This document shows, in pieces, positions 11,114 through 23,800 of a DNA stretch of 64,000 bases. The stretch comes from Malacoraja senta (lineage: Eukaryota). Under the pieces are notes generated by a model. It worked only from the letters and a program-made list of their open reading frames with translations, searched no databases and was not told the origin of the DNA. The position numbers were made by a program, and so were the translations under genes. The DNA lies in contig CM075983.1 in the NCBI GenBank assembly GCA_038087875.1, positions 13,454,001-13,518,000 of the forward strand, given 5' to 3'. Position 1 is the first letter of the stretch. Each line of letters starts with the position of its first letter.

Positions 11114-11904
11114 TTAAGTCAACCAGAAAAAAATAACTGTGTACCAAATGCAGGCGGGTGGCTGTAAGGTAGCAACTCTATGGCTGCGCCACTGTGCTGA
11201 TTAAGTTTAAATTGATTAATTTCTTAATAGATGGTAGATGAGGAATGAGTGTGACATTACTATTTCTCGCATAAGCAGCCTTGTAAGTTGAAGATATGTC
11301 AGTTAAGGCTTAATTAGAGCAATTTTTATTTCATAAGCTTGTGGCTTCCAGGAATTGATAGAGAGAATCAAGCCATTAGTCAACCCGTTAGTCATCAAAG
11401 TGCCAGCCAAGACCTGCCATTATTAAAAGGGCTAGCTGATAAGCAAGCCAGCTCTTTCAAAAGCATATAGCGGGCTTGGCCAACCCCTAAACCCATAGCT
11501 TTTCAGATCCCTCTAAAAGCACACCTCATAATAGTTAATCTTTTACCCCTCATAGCAATGATCAAATCTCTATGCACTTACTTATGTAGAGTGGTCTCTT
11601 TTTCTCCTTCTGAGAGAGTCGTCATACAAAGTGCTTTGCACGAAAAGAATATTCAAACAATAGTATCTTTTCACAGGACAAAACAAACAGTGCCCTTATT
11701 TAATTTGGTTCAAACAAAAAAATTCTACACAGCACAGCTGTATCCAACAACCCTTTTATCAAACACTCCTGATGACATTTACAAATGATGAATGCATTGG
11801 GGTGTGTTATGTGCAATTAACACACAATGCTACAGTAAATTCATAACTTTCACAACCTACTCACCAGATTCCTGTTTCTTCAACTGTTGAAGAATAAACA
11901 GATG

Positions 11905-12301
11905 TCTCAGCACCAGAGACCCAAGTTCGATCCTGACATCGAGTGCTGTCTGTGTGGAGTTTGCACCGTTCTCCCTGTGACCGCGTAGGCTTCTTCCCAG
12001 TGCTCCACTTTCCTTTCACATCCCCAAAATGTGCAGGTTTGTACATTGCCCCTAGTGCGTAAATGTACATTGCCCCTAGTGTGTAAATGTACATTGCCCC
12101 TAGTGCGTAAATGTACATTGCCCCTAGTGTGTAAATGTACATTGCCCCTAGTGCGCAAATGTACATTGCCCTTGGTGCGTAAAGAGTGGATGATAAAATG
12201 GGATAGCATAGAATACGCACGGGTTTTCAATGGTTGGCATGGACTCGATGGGCCGAAGGGCCTATTTCCATGCTGCATCTAAACTGAACTAAGCTAAATT
12301 A
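11905..12301 (+). mobile_element. HE1-like SINE with internal tandem expansion
   Basis: SINE head (caccagagacccaagttcgatcc) and tail, with an internal 24-bp array. Confidence 0.8.
12040..12183 (+). repeat. Minisatellite, 6 x 24 bp (TGTACATTGCCCCTAGTGYGTAAA)
   Basis: Units start at 12040, 12064, 12088, 12112, 12136 and 12160, with no spacers. Confidence 0.95.
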
Positions 12302-12512
12302 AGAACAGCTTAAGGGTTGCAGTCTTCATGAAATAAATTTGCAAATCTCTTTACTTGGTATAAAGGTGCTAATTTCTTCAAATTCACACGTTTGACTAAT
12401 TTGCCATGGTAATGGGGTAGATACCAACTGCACTGTATGTTTCTGACCAAAGGAGCACTCTTTAATTTTACCACAAACTATGCACATTGGTTATTTTTTA
12501 TCAGAAGCTGCT

Positions 12513-12809
12513 TAGTTTAGAGCTACAGTACAGAAACAGGCCCTTCGGCACACTGAGTCTGTGCCAAACAGCGATCCCCGTACACTAACACTCTCCTACA
12601 CATTAGCGACAATTTACAATTTTTACTGAAGCCAATTAACCTAGAAACCTGCACGTCTTTGGATTGTGGGAGGAAACTGGAGCACCCGGAGAAAACCACG
12701 CGGTCACGAGGAAAACGTGCAAACTCCATACAGACGGCATCAGTAGTCAGGATCAAACCCGGGTCTCTGGCGCTGTAAGGCAGCAATTCTACCGCTGCGC
12801 CACCGTGCC
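12513..12809 (-). mobile_element. HE1-like SINE
   Basis: Reverse-complement match to the 10299 copy. Confidence 0.85.
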
Positions 12810-13328
12810 GTCTCTCTGAATGTTTCTTTCTTCTGAATGGATCTTAGTCTCAAAAACTGCACTGACATCTGTTGATTCTCTCTAAGGACAAGAATGAATC
12901 TACAGTATTGATGTCCAGTTCTCATTGTTGTAGGCTTCAAGTGTTTAATTGTCATATGAATCGGCAATGGAACAATATGATTCTTACATGCGGAAGCTGA
13001 ACAGGCCCAACAACACACAAATAAATATGTAATAATCAATTATACCATAATAACAGTTACTTGAGGTAACTATAAAGTGCAAAACCAAAGTCCGTAGACA
13101 ACCAAAGAGAAAGTTCATAGAAGATCATAGTTCTGTGATAGTGGTCAGTGTTGTGCAATGTTCAAGAGCCTGATGGTTGCCGGGAAGAAGCTCTTCTTGA
13201 ACGTGGTCACGCTTTTCAGGCTCCTGTACCTTCTTCCCAAGGGTAGTAGTGAGATGACAGTGCGGGCAGGGTGATGTGGATCTTTGATGATCTTGGCTGC
13301 TTTTTTGAGGAAGCTCCTCCTATAGATT

Positions 13329-13625
13329 ATAAGGTCATGTCATGTGATGGGAGCGGAATTAGGCCATTCGGCCCATCAATTCTACTCCGCCATTTAATCG
13401 TGGCTGATCTATCTCTCCCTCCTCACCCCATTCTCCTGCCTTCTCCCCATAACCCATCACAGCCGTACTAATCAAGAATCTATCTATCTCTGCCTTAAAA
13501 ATATCCATTGGCCTCCACAGCCATCTGTGGCAAAGAATTCCACAAGAGTCATCACCTTCTGGCTAAAGAAATTCCTCCTCACATCCTTCCTAAAGGAACG
13601 TCCTTTAATTCTGAGGCTATGACTG
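13329..13625 (-). mobile_element. CR1 LINE 3' fragment
   Basis: Reverse complement of the CR1 3' end (aggccattcggcccatc...gaattccacaa). Confidence 0.75.
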
Positions 13626-13843
13626 GTCCTAGACTCTCCCAGCCTTCGATGGTGGGGAGGTCAGTACCTGTGATGGATCAGGCAGTGTCTACCACTCTCT
13701 GTAGCCTCCTCCATTCCTGGGCGTTTGAGTTACCAAACCAGGCCACGATGCAACCAGTCAGTTTGCTCTCTCCCGTACACATGCTCATATACTGTTATAT
13801 AAGGCTGACTCGGTGTCTTATGGCTGCATGTTTTTATTTACAG

Positions 13844-14042
13844 ATCTACTTCTATGGGGGCAACATGACGTTTATAAATCCAGCCTTCAAAGGCAGATTA
13901 TTGGCAGGACATAAACCAGGAAATGCATCAATTACCATTGAAAAGTTGCGACCTACCGACTCTGGGAATTATATCTGTGAAGTTGAGAATCCACCGGACT
14001 TCACAGGCAATAACATCGGATCAGCAACACTCACAGTTTTAG
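13844..14042 (+). CDS. VSIG1: VSIG1-like exon 3 (IgV domain C-half)
   Basis: Acceptor tttttatttacAG|, IYFYGG...FKGRL...GNASITIEKLRPTDSGNYICEVENPPDFTG...LTVL (DxGxYxC motif; NPPDF as in VSIG1), donor G|GTAGTG (phase 1). Confidence 0.95.
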
Positions 14043-14249
14043 GTAGTGTATCACTTACCTCCACTGCTATAAACCTTTTTCTCCCCATGTGTAATTTTGT
14101 GTACTTCACGCTGATTTGGAACACATTTCACAGGGTTCATCCAACATTTGAACCCTTGCACAGAGCTCGAGTGTAACGTGTATATAAGTCACTCTATCAA
14201 AAAACAATACTCAACTCTAATCTCAGAATACCCAGTATCCACCCGAAAT

Positions 14250-14560
14250 CTTGTTGGCCGGTGGGACCGATAACCTGCCCGAAGGCTCGGTGGACAGTGT
14301 GACCAGGAGGGAGCTGGAGACATCAGGCGCTAGGAGTGGGCTGGTACGAGGGTGAACCAGGGTAATGCCTCCAGCGCCTTCACGGTCAGCTGCAGGAGGC
14401 GCGCCCGGGACACAAAGATGGATGGGTGAGGAGAGGGACGTCGGTTCGTGGGAACTGCTCCAGTACATCAAGCGGGCGGGCGGATCGGACTTTGGACTTT
14501 GAATAATGGCGCCAAAAATGGTGGCGCCTGCAGGTGTAATATATGCAACAGGATTCCACT
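14250..14560. repeat. Unclassified GC-rich interspersed repeat fragment
   Basis: Abrupt GC/CpG-rich block in an AT-rich intron, ending ggactttgaataatggcgccaaaaatgg; family not identified. Confidence 0.35.
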
Positions 14561-16419
14561 GTGCAGTTGCATATGTGAGAAATAAAGCTCCTTTGAACCA
14601 TAAAGAACCTCACGTGGCAGCCCTCCTATTGTCGTTCTGCACAACGTTGCTAAGCATCATTAATTTGTGCCTATTTTGTGCTGTGGGTCTGGAATTGGGT
14701 TGAGGATCTCCCAATTCATTTCACACAGGGGCCTTCAGACAGAGAAGACCTTCATCACTTGGGTCTTGATTCCAATGATATGCAGACTCCAAGCATATCT
14801 CTGAGGTAAAATTCAAAGGCTAACACACTGCATTGCAGAATTACAGACTTCATTCTTATAAGTTTAGTCCCTCTTTTAAGACCATGTTTATAGGCTGTCG
14901 TTCAGATGGGCTCTGCATGTGTCGAAGCATGAAAGTGGAGTCTGAAGAATGGTCATGACCCAAAACGTCACCCATTCCTTCTCTCCAGAGATGTTGCCTG
15001 TCCCGCTGAGTTACTCCAGCATTTTGTATCTACCTTCGATTTAAACCAGCATCTGCAGTTCTTTCCTACAAGTGAAAGTGGACAGTGCTGTAGTTTAAGG
15101 TGGTACAAAGCAAAGAGTCAGACAACACGTGACTCTGGGAAAAGGTCGTGTGATCCAGTGATGATTAGTCTGAAAATCCTTGCAGTTTCACGCTTGTTGA
15201 AGCTGATGCAATGTCTCAACCAAATTTATCTAGTTTAATATTGATCAGAGGTTATACAGGCACCTTGTGTTTCACACGGGGGTTATGTGCTTGAAAAGCA
15301 GCGTGTAAATAAAAAATGTGTAAATTAAGCATATATGCGACCATGTTTAGTTTAGTTTAGAGATACAGCGTGGAAACAGGCCCTTTGGCCCACCGAGTCT
15401 GCGGCGACTAGCAATCCCTGCACACTAGCACTATCCTACACACTAGGGACAATCTACAATTCTTACTGAAGACAATTAACCTACAAACCTGTACATTTGA
15501 GGAGTAAATTTGAGCGTGCTATTCCAAAAATACCAGCACATAAATGAAGCTTTGGTATTAAAGGAGCAAGAGCTAAAACACATGATTCTAGCACGTAAAA
15601 TGCAAGGTGCCTGTACTTAGCATCTATTAGCTCAATTACCCAATTATTTTTTATCAACTGAGTCTTTAGAGGGAAATTTGAAGTCAATCTGTTAATTTAG
15701 TGCAGTATGTGGAATCCAAAAAGACCAATGTAGTTTCCACAATGAGGAAAATATTTAACCTGCAATTTTGTGAAAGTCGAGGTCACAACGATAAACAAAA
15801 ACTAGCTGTGATATTCCTCTTCATCTTGGCCTGACTCTCATATACTGTTTGCCTCAAATGTAACATATTTGCAACATTTTCTCTCCTTGGCACTTTGGAG
15901 TTAAGTGTTCCCCAAGTTTGTTGAAGTCAATGTTTCTAAGTCTTAGTGAGCTCTTATTTATTGTAGAGTTTTTGTAGTTACAGTATTTACTTGTTTTAAC
16001 TTTGGCGTCATTCCAATGCATGCATGTTTAGCACAAGAAACCAAATGGCGTTTTGTCATTGAACAAATATTGTACTACCAGTAAAAATTTTGTTTGCGAG
16101 TAATATGGGTGAGGTTCCAGTAGAAGCATTATGTAGAAAGCTTGCAATTCCCTCAGTCAATATGGCTGAAGTCTGTAATGCACCAATCAGTATCCTTAAG
16201 AAAGAACTTTAAAAATTATTTTGATATCAATTATATTATTACAGCATTATATAATGTTGACTATGTTATTTCCTTGTCGCCAACTGTTGACCTTCATCAA
16301 AATATCGCTGTCATTACTTTTTTTTGAAGATTGATTCAATAGCATTAAGAAAAGTAAGGTTGACTGCCAGTGTAAAAAGACCCAAACAAACAAAACTAGT
16401 CATGGCATGAATTTTAGAA

Positions 16420-16670
16420 ACAAGGAACTGCAGATGCTGGTTAATACACAAAAAGACACACAAAGTGTTGGAACAACTCAGCAGGTCAGGCAGCATCTCT
16501 GGAGAACATGGATAGGTGACGTTTTGGGTTGAGACCATGCTTCAGAGTTTGAAGTAGGGTTTTGACCCAAAATGTCACCCATTCCTTCTCTCCAGAGATG
16601 CTGCCTGTCCCGCTGAGTTACTCCAGCATTTTGTGTCTATGCTGCCTAACTTGCTGAGTTACTCCAACAC
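16420..16670. mobile_element. Inverted pair of PLE terminal-repeat fragments (older subfamily)
   Basis: Left arm gaactgcagatgctgg...aactcagcagg...ggtgacgttttgggt, right arm its reverse complement; degenerate hammerhead cores. Confidence 0.75.
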
Positions 16671-17487
16671 TTTGAGTCCCTTGTGGCATAAATATTACTT
16701 TGTAAATTATATACGAAAGCAAGCTCGCGATTATTTCAGTGCCATTTTTCCTGATTTTTTAGAACACTTTCAAGGCATTGAACCTTTGAGCTTGCACAAA
16801 TCAAGCCACTTGAATCATCGATGACCTTGCTGGATCTGTAAGCATTCCCAGATGTCTACTATATTCAAGCCGAAATGAATGACCACACCTGAACAAATAT
16901 TGAAACTTATTGTACAACTTGTTGGCTCTGTGTATGTACAGAGGCTGATTGTCAGAGGCATTCTAAGTAGTTCCAGTCAGTTCATGTATTTCATGCGGCA
17001 GTAGTCCAACCCAAACCTATCTTTTACTTCAAATGAACCGGGGGGGAAAAATTGAGATAAAACAAGCTTTAAGTTTATGAGAAATGGAAGCAAGGAGAGA
17101 TTAAATGGCATGCATAGGGGTGATAATACAAAGTGAAAATGGTTCAAGAACAAATATAGAAACTGTTATGAAATGATAATTGAAAAAACGAAGGCCTCAA
17201 CCTTTATAATGTGTATCTCCACATAGTGGGACTTCAGCTAATTGGGACTTCAGTCTGTGGTTTATAGGTTCCACAAAAAAAGAATAATGTGTTTTTAATG
17301 TTGTCCAATGCTGTTTTACCAGTTCCACAGTTCACAACAATATATCCCTCTTTTCCCCTTATCATGTATCTGTACACTGTCGATGGCTCGATTGTAATCA
17401 TGTATTGTCTTTCCGCTGAGTGGATAGCAGGCAACACAAGCTTTTCACTGTACCGCGGTATACATGACAATAAACTAAACTCAAACT

Positions 17488-18350
17488 CTTGAGAATGCAG
17501 GGTGACTTGGAAAGATTGGATGAGTGGGCAGATGCATGGCAGATGCAGTTTAATGTGGATAAATGTGAGGTTATCCACTTTGGTAGCAAAAACAGGAAGG
17601 CAGATTATTATCTAAATGGTGTCAAATTGGGAAAAGGGGAAGTATAACGGGATCTGGGGGGTCCTTGTTCATCAGTCTATGAAAGTAAGCATGCAGGTAC
17701 AGCAGGCAGTGAAGAAAGCGAATGGCATGTTGGCCTTCATAACAAGAGGAGTTGAGTATAGGAGCAAAGAGGTCCTTCTGCAGTTGTACAGGGCCCCAGT
17801 GAGACCACACCTGGAGTATTGTGTGCAGTTTTGGTCCCCTAATTTGAGGAAGAACATTCATGCTATTGAGGGAGTGCAGCATAGGTTCATGAGGTTAATT
17901 CCTGGGATGGCGGGACTGTCATATGCTGAGAGAATGGAACGGCTGGGCTTGTATACTCTGGAATTTAGAAGGATGAGAGGGGATCTTATTGAAACATATA
18001 AGATTATTAAGGGTTTGGACACGCTAGAGGCAGAAAACATGTTCCCAATGTTGGGGGAGTCCAGAACCAGGGGTCAAAGTTTAAGAATAAATGGCAAGCC
18101 ATTTAGAATGGAGATGAGGAAACACTTTTTCACAGAGAGTTGTGAGGCTGTGGAATTCTCTGCCTCAGATGGAGGCCGGTTCTCTAGATACTTTAAGAGA
18201 GAGCTAGATAGGGCTCTTAAAGATAGCTGAGTCAGGGGATATGGGGAGAAGGCAGGAACGGGGTACTGATTGGGGATGATCAGTCATGATCACATTGAAT
18301 GGCGGTGCTGGCTCGAAGGGCCGAATGGCCTATCCTGCACCTATTGTGTA
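17488..18350 (+). mobile_element. CR1 LINE 3' portion (RT C-terminus plus 3' UTR)
   Basis: ORF 17616..18230: VRPHLEYCVQFWSP, RRMRGDLIETYKI. Confidence 0.9.
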
Positions 18351-18874
18351 TTATATTGGATTGTATCACATGTTTCCTAACCAACAATTGCCTTACCAGG
18401 GAACCCCCCTGCCTGAGGTCATCTGTTTCCGGCCCTGATTTGTCCTGGTCTTTTCTCGTCTCTCCAGTTCTTTCATAGGCTCCTTTCATGCAAAGAAATT
18501 GAACCAAAGAAAACAAGATTTGGCGGGAACAAAATCACACATGGGAATAAATTTGAGCAATATGATATAATCTGTAGCTTTTCTTCCATTATTTTGCAAA
18601 ACAGAGATTTTATGTAGAAGTATGAGAGAAATGTAATCTATTCTGCATTTTCCTTGATCTGCATTCCCTTTGATGTCCCGTTTTCACACCTTACACTTCC
18701 TTATCTTTGTGTCTCCCTCGCCCCAGACTCTCAGTCTGAAGAAGGGCCTCGAACCAAAAAGTCACCCATTCCTTCAATCCAGAGCAGAGATGCTGCCTGT
18801 CCCGCTGAGTTACTCCCGCATTTTGTGTCTATCTTCAGAGATTTTAATAAAGTAATTTAATTTTTTTATTGCAG

Positions 18875-19030
18875 TTCCACCCTCCAAGCCAAACTGTGGC
18901 ATTGTCGCACACCCGGCGAAGGCCAGGTCAGCAATCCTTACCTGCCATTGCGATAAAGGCGTCCCAAGTCCCAGGTATCGCTGGGTGAAATTGGTAGACC
19001 AGGTTCAACAAAACATTTCTGGTCATCTTG
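18875..19030 (+). CDS. VSIG1: VSIG1-like exon 4 (IgC2 domain N-half)
   Basis: Acceptor tttttattgcAG|, VPPSKPNCGIVAHPAKARSAILTCHCDKGVPSPRYRWVKL..., donor G|GTAAGA; 156 nt, phase 1/1. Confidence 0.95.
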
Positions 19031-19156
19031 GTAAGAAAGAAAAGAGACAAAAGTCAAGACTGTTTTATTCTCCTATGTTCTAGACAGAACAATTCAATTA
19101 TTACTTACAGCAGCATAATAGAACGTGTAAACATAGTACACTGTAAACAATACTCT

Positions 19157-19530
19157 ATTCCATGGAGCGCAGGGGGATGACGGGTGATCTTATAGAGGTG
19201 TACAAAATCATGAGAGGAATAGATCGGGTCGAGGCACAGATTCTCTTGCCCAGAGTTGGGGAATCGAGGACCAAAGGCATAGGTTCAAGGTGAAGAGGAA
19301 AAGATTTAATATGAATCTGAGGGGTAACTTTTTCACACAAAGGGTGGTGGGTGTATGGAACAAGCTGCCAGAGGAGGTAGTTGAGGCTGTGACTATCCCA
19401 TCATTTAAGAAACAGTTAGACAGGTACATGGATAGGACAGGTTTGGTGGGATATGGACCAAGCGCAGGCAGGTGGGACTAGTGTAGCTGGGACATTGTTG
19501 GCCGGTGCCTGTTTCCACACTGTATCACTC
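19157..19530 (+). mobile_element. CR1 LINE 3' fragment
   Basis: NFFTQRVVGVWNKLPEEVVEA motif plus 3' tail. Confidence 0.85.
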
Positions 19531-19584
19531 TATGGCTCTAATATAATAAACAAAAAAACATTCAATGGAAAAAGTATGTATATA

Positions 19585-19918
19585 NNNNNNNNNNNNNNNN
19601 NNNNNNNNNNNNNNNNNNNNNNNNNNNNNNNNNNNNNNNNNNNNNNNNNNNNNNNNNNNNNNNNNNNNNNNNNNNNNNNNNNNNNNNNNNNNNNNNNNNN
19701 NNNNNNNNNNNNNNNNNNNNNNNNNNNNNNNNNNNNNNNNNNNNNNNNNNNNNNNNNNNNNNNNNNNNNNNNNNNNNNNNNNNNNNNNNNNNNNNNNNNN
19801 NNNNNNNNNNNNNNNNNNNNNNNNNNNNNNNNNNNNNNNNNNNNNNNNNNNNNNNNNNNNNNNNNNNNNNNNNNNNNNNNNNNNNNNNNNNNNNNNNNNN
19901 NNNNNNNNNNNNNNNNNN
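19585..19918. other. Assembly gap (334 N) in VSIG1 intron 4
   Basis: N run flanked by TA/CA microsatellite-like sequence. Exons 4 and 5 join in frame into a complete C2 domain, so no coding exon needs to be hidden here. Confidence 0.99.
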
Positions 19919-20185
19919 CACGCATACACACTCACATACACATAAACACACATACACATAAAAGTACACAAATAATAATGCAAAAGGATAAAACCAATGC
20001 CAATATGTAGTTCAAAGCTGATTTGGAGGTTGTAATGTTTAATAGCCCAACAGAAAGCAAATTCTTATCTCTAAGTTGCATCTTATACCTTTCAACTTTT
20101 CCCATCTATTCTTTGTCTCATGATTCTTCCTAACCAGCGAGTGAACAGTTTCTACTGTAGGAATCTATTTTGTTTAATATTTCAG

Positions 20186-20305
20186 ATCCAAGGACCGGAA
20201 TGTTGACCATTTCAAATATTTCTGATAATGAAAATGGTATTTACCAGTGCATCGCATTCAATATACTGGGAGATGAAACATGCACTGTCGACTTGACAAA
20301 ACTTT
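20186..20305 (+). CDS. VSIG1: VSIG1-like exon 5 (IgC2 domain C-half)
   Basis: Acceptor tttaatatttcAG|, DPRTGMLTISNISDNENGIYQCIAFNILGDETCTVDLTKL, donor T|GTAAGT; 120 nt. Confidence 0.95.
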
Positions 20306-20399
20306 GTAAGTATCCCTTGATAGCTTGTTAAGTTTGGGATAAAGAAAAACAAAACATGCTGGAAACACTCAATAATCAGGCAGCATCTGTGTAAAGAGA

Positions 20400-20705
20400 A
20401 ACAAAGATAGTCCGAAGGTCTCCAATTAGGTAGATATTGGCTCAGGACTGCTCACTAGTTGTTGGTAGGATGGTTCAGTTGCCTGAAAACAGCTAGGAAG
20501 AAACTGTCCCTAAATCTGGAGGTGTGTGTTTTCACACTTCTATACCTCTTGCCCGATGGACGAGGGGAGTAGAGGAAGTGGCCAGTGTGCGACTTGACCT
20601 TGATTATGCTGTTGGCCTTGCCAAGGCAGTGTGAGGTGTAGATGGAGTCAATGGAAAGGAGGTTGGTTTGTGTGATGGTCTGGGCTACGTCCACAATTCT
20701 CTGCT
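20400..20705 (-). mobile_element. Rex/Babar-type LINE 3' fragment
   Basis: ORF 20455..20694 ends ...PSGKRYRSVKTHTSRFRDSFF, matching the C-terminus of the longer element at 43108. Confidence 0.7.
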
Positions 20706-21592
20706 ATTTCCTGAGAGCTCAACTGCTGGGCATCCTTACGATGCAAATCACTTTGTAGGATTGTAGACAGAATGAAGACAGAGCTAGAACTGCTGAGAGT
20801 TTTTGAGCTGGGGAGTGTATAGTGAAGAGAGTAAGAACGTTAAATGGAAGAGAGTATAATGCTGGTCAGAAGTGACTTCGGGATGGGAGTATTGGAGCCA
20901 GGAGAGTGAATGTTCAAAAGCTTATGGGAAACCCTTGCCTTATTCAAAATCTAAATGTCATGTTACACTTTCCTTGAACATTGATCAAATATAAAATTCC
21001 AATATAAAAATTCAACATGTTCAGAGTGACCATAATTTTACTTGCCCAACTTTAAACCTGCAACATCTGGATTTTCTCTTTCAGGCTTTCATGCACTAAC
21101 CTTTATCCTCTAGTGCATTTGAAGAAAGGTTCATAAGTTATAGGAGTATAATTAGGCCATTTGACCCATCAACTCTACTCCGCCATTCAATCATGGCTGA
21201 TTTATCTTTCCCTTTCAACCCCATTCTCTTGCTTTCTCACCATAACCCCCGACACCCGTATTAATCAAGATTGGTATACCCCGCAGTATACACATGATAC
21301 AAATCTCATGTTATATTTCTTCTCATAAGATTGTAATTTTCTATATTTTATAAAACTGTTTATTGTTTGCATTAGTATTTTGCATAGATGGTACTAGTGA
21401 TAACTACTAATTCACTAAATAAACACAGTTTTATGCTTCACATTGTGGATAAGCTTATTTTGGGATAAAATCAAATTTGAGGTATTTTGGGATAAAATCA
21501 ACTAGTACAACTAGTTCACCACCAGCTCGGTGACTCCAGCAACGGCCTACAATAATGGAATAAGAATAAAAGAACAGTGCACATCTATGTTT

Positions 21593-21812
21593 TAGAAAGG
21601 AACTGCAGATGCTGGTATATACCAAAGATAGACATAAATTGCTGGAGTAACTCAGTGGGTCAGGCAGCATCTCTGGATGGGTGATATTACGGGTAAGGAC
21701 CCTTTTTCAGATTCTGAGTCTGAAGAAAGGTCCCGTCCTGAAACATCACCCATTCTTTCTCTTCAGAGATGCTATCTGACCCGGTGAGTTACTCCAGCAC
21801 TTTGTGCCGATC
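21593..21812. mobile_element. Fold-back PLE terminal-repeat element (older subfamily)
   Basis: Inverted arms around back-to-back degenerate hammerhead cores at about 21685-21752. Confidence 0.7.
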
Positions 21813-22080
21813 TTGTGCATATCTACTGTTATTTTAATGGAATTACTCTGCCTGATAGTAGCGTTTAGATATTTTGAATTTGAACTGGTGGGTTTGAGCT
21901 GAAATTACATAATATGGTTATGCTGGAGTTTTGTAAATTTACAATTTGTGTCTTGCTTTCTTGTTCGTTGAATCTGTGAAATTGAACTCCCAATATTGCA
22001 GTGGAATCCCAGAAAACATCATGTTAAGGGTAACATGTTTTTAGAACAGTTGTATCTCTAAAAAATAAATCTCTAAAAAA

Positions 22081-22390
22081 GGGAGGCATGGTGGCTCAGT
22101 GGTAGAGTTGCTGCCGTACAGCACCAGAGACATGGGTTCAATCCTGACTACTGGTGCTGTGTGTATGGAGTTTGTACATTCTCCCCGTGACCTGCGAGGG
22201 TTTTCTCAAGAGTGCTCCGCTTTTGTCCCACACTCAAAAGACGTGCAGGTTTGTAGGCTAACTGGCTTGGTAAAATTATGAATTGTCTCTAGTGTGTGTA
22301 GGATAGTGTTCGTGCGTGTGGATCGCTGGTCGGCACGGACTTGGTGGACCGAAGGGCCTGTTTCCACTCTATCTCGAAACTAAACTTAAA
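22081..22390 (+). mobile_element. HE1-like SINE
   Basis: A/B-box head (gtggctcagtgg; gggttcaatcc) and TAAAC tail. Confidence 0.85.
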
Positions 22391-22476
22391 AAACTTACAT
22401 TAAGCAATTCCTTCTATCAAAAGATACGTTGAATGAATCAAACAGTTAACTCATTGATCTTTCCTTTCTGCTTCAG

Positions 22477-22615
22477 CTTCTGAGAGTGATGCCATCATCG
22501 GAGGTATTATTGGGGCGGTTCTGATAGCATCAATCATTGGAGTTATCATCTGGATGGTTACAAAGAAAGCAAAGAAAAATGCAAAGAAAAATGCGCAAAA
22601 AGATACTGAACTTCA
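22477..22615 (+). CDS. VSIG1: VSIG1-like exon 6 (transmembrane helix plus basic stop-transfer)
   Basis: Acceptor ctttctgcttcAG|, SSESDAIIGGIIGAVLIASIIGVIIWMVTKKAKKNAKKNAQKDTEL, donor CA|GTGAGT (phase 2). Confidence 0.95.
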
Positions 22616-23057
22616 GTGAGTGTGACGTTTTCCATGTTGTTCCAAATGCTTTATATTTAGTCCTTGAGAAAATGCTTGGGTTTTGTCTATGTTATGTTGT
22701 CTGTTTTTATCAGCACAAGGGAAAAGAATCATGAGTTGGCATTTTCCATGAAATGCCTGGTCTAACCATCACCTGAGCTTTTGATTTTCTGGCAATAACC
22801 CTACAAATAATCACCATCTGTCGTCAATTAGTTGATCTTACCCTGGCAACTGCTAGGTGCAAAAAACTGCCTTAAGTTGCAATAATGGGCAAGGGAAACT
22901 ATTAAGAGCACTGAATGCAGTCAAAGGCATGGGAGCAGATAACATCCCAGCCACAGTACTGAATACTTGCTCTCCAAAATCGGCTGTGCCTCCAACCAAG
23001 TTGTTCTACTAAAGGTACATCACTGACATCTACTTGTGTAGGAAGGAATTGCAGATG

Positions 23058-23232
23058 TGTTAAAGAAGGAACTGCAGATGCTGGAAAATCGAAGGTACAC
23101 AAAAATGCTGGAGAAACTCAGCGGGTGCAGCAGCATCTATGGAGCGAAGGAAACAGGCAACGTTTCGGGCCGAAACCCTGCTCCATAGATGCTGCTGCAC
23201 CCGCTGAGTTTCTCCAGCATTTTTGTGTACCT
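23058..23232. mobile_element. Young fold-back PLE insertion nested in an older PLE fragment
   Basis: 15-bp TSD AAGGAATTGCAGATG at 23043-23057 and 23233-23247; inverted arm carries a 36-nt extension (23058-23093). Confidence 0.9.
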
Positions 23233-23365
23233 AAGGAATTGCAGATGCTTGTTTAAACCAAAGATGACACAAATAGCTGGAGTAACTCAGCGGGACAGCA
23301 TCTCTGGAGAGAAGGAGACATCTGGGAGACATTGACTTGACAATGTGGGAAATTGCCCAGATATT

Positions 23366-23800
23366 AGTTTAGTTCAGAGATCCAGCGCGGAAACAGGCCC
23401 TTCGATCCATCAAGTCCATGCCGACCAATGATCCCTGCACATTAGTACTATCCTACATTAGGGCAATTTTTACATTTATGCCAAGCCAATTTACCTACAA
23501 ACCTTTGAGAAGGAACTGCAGATGCTGGAACATCGAAGGTAGACATAAATGCTGGAGAAACTCAGCGGGTGAGGCAGCATCTATGGAGCAAAGGAAATAG
23601 GCAACGTTTCGGGCCGAAACCCTTCTTCAGACATATCTGTTGGTCTTTGGAGTGTGGGAGGAAACCAAAGTTCTCAGAAAAAACCCACGCAGGTCACGGG
23701 AAGAAGTACAAACCCCATACAGACAAGCACCCGTAGTCAGGATCAAACTCGGGTATCTGGCGCTGTGAGTACTGTAAGGCAGAAATTCTACCGCTGCGCA
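23366..23800 (-). mobile_element. HE1-like SINE interrupted by a PLE fragment (about 23503..23632)
   Basis: SINE tail and head on either side of a gaaggaactgcagatg...cccttcttcagac insert. Confidence 0.75.

Noticed and set aside
12040-12183. CRISPR-like array
   Set aside because: Head-to-tail units with no unique spacers, inside a SINE in a vertebrate genome, and no cas genes.
13508-14176. 222-aa ORF as a standalone gene
   Set aside because: Chance read-through of antisense CR1 and intron sequence into VSIG1 exon 3; only 13844..14042 is coding.
19453-20010. Five long ORFs across the N run
   Set aside because: Artefacts of translating the 334-N gap.
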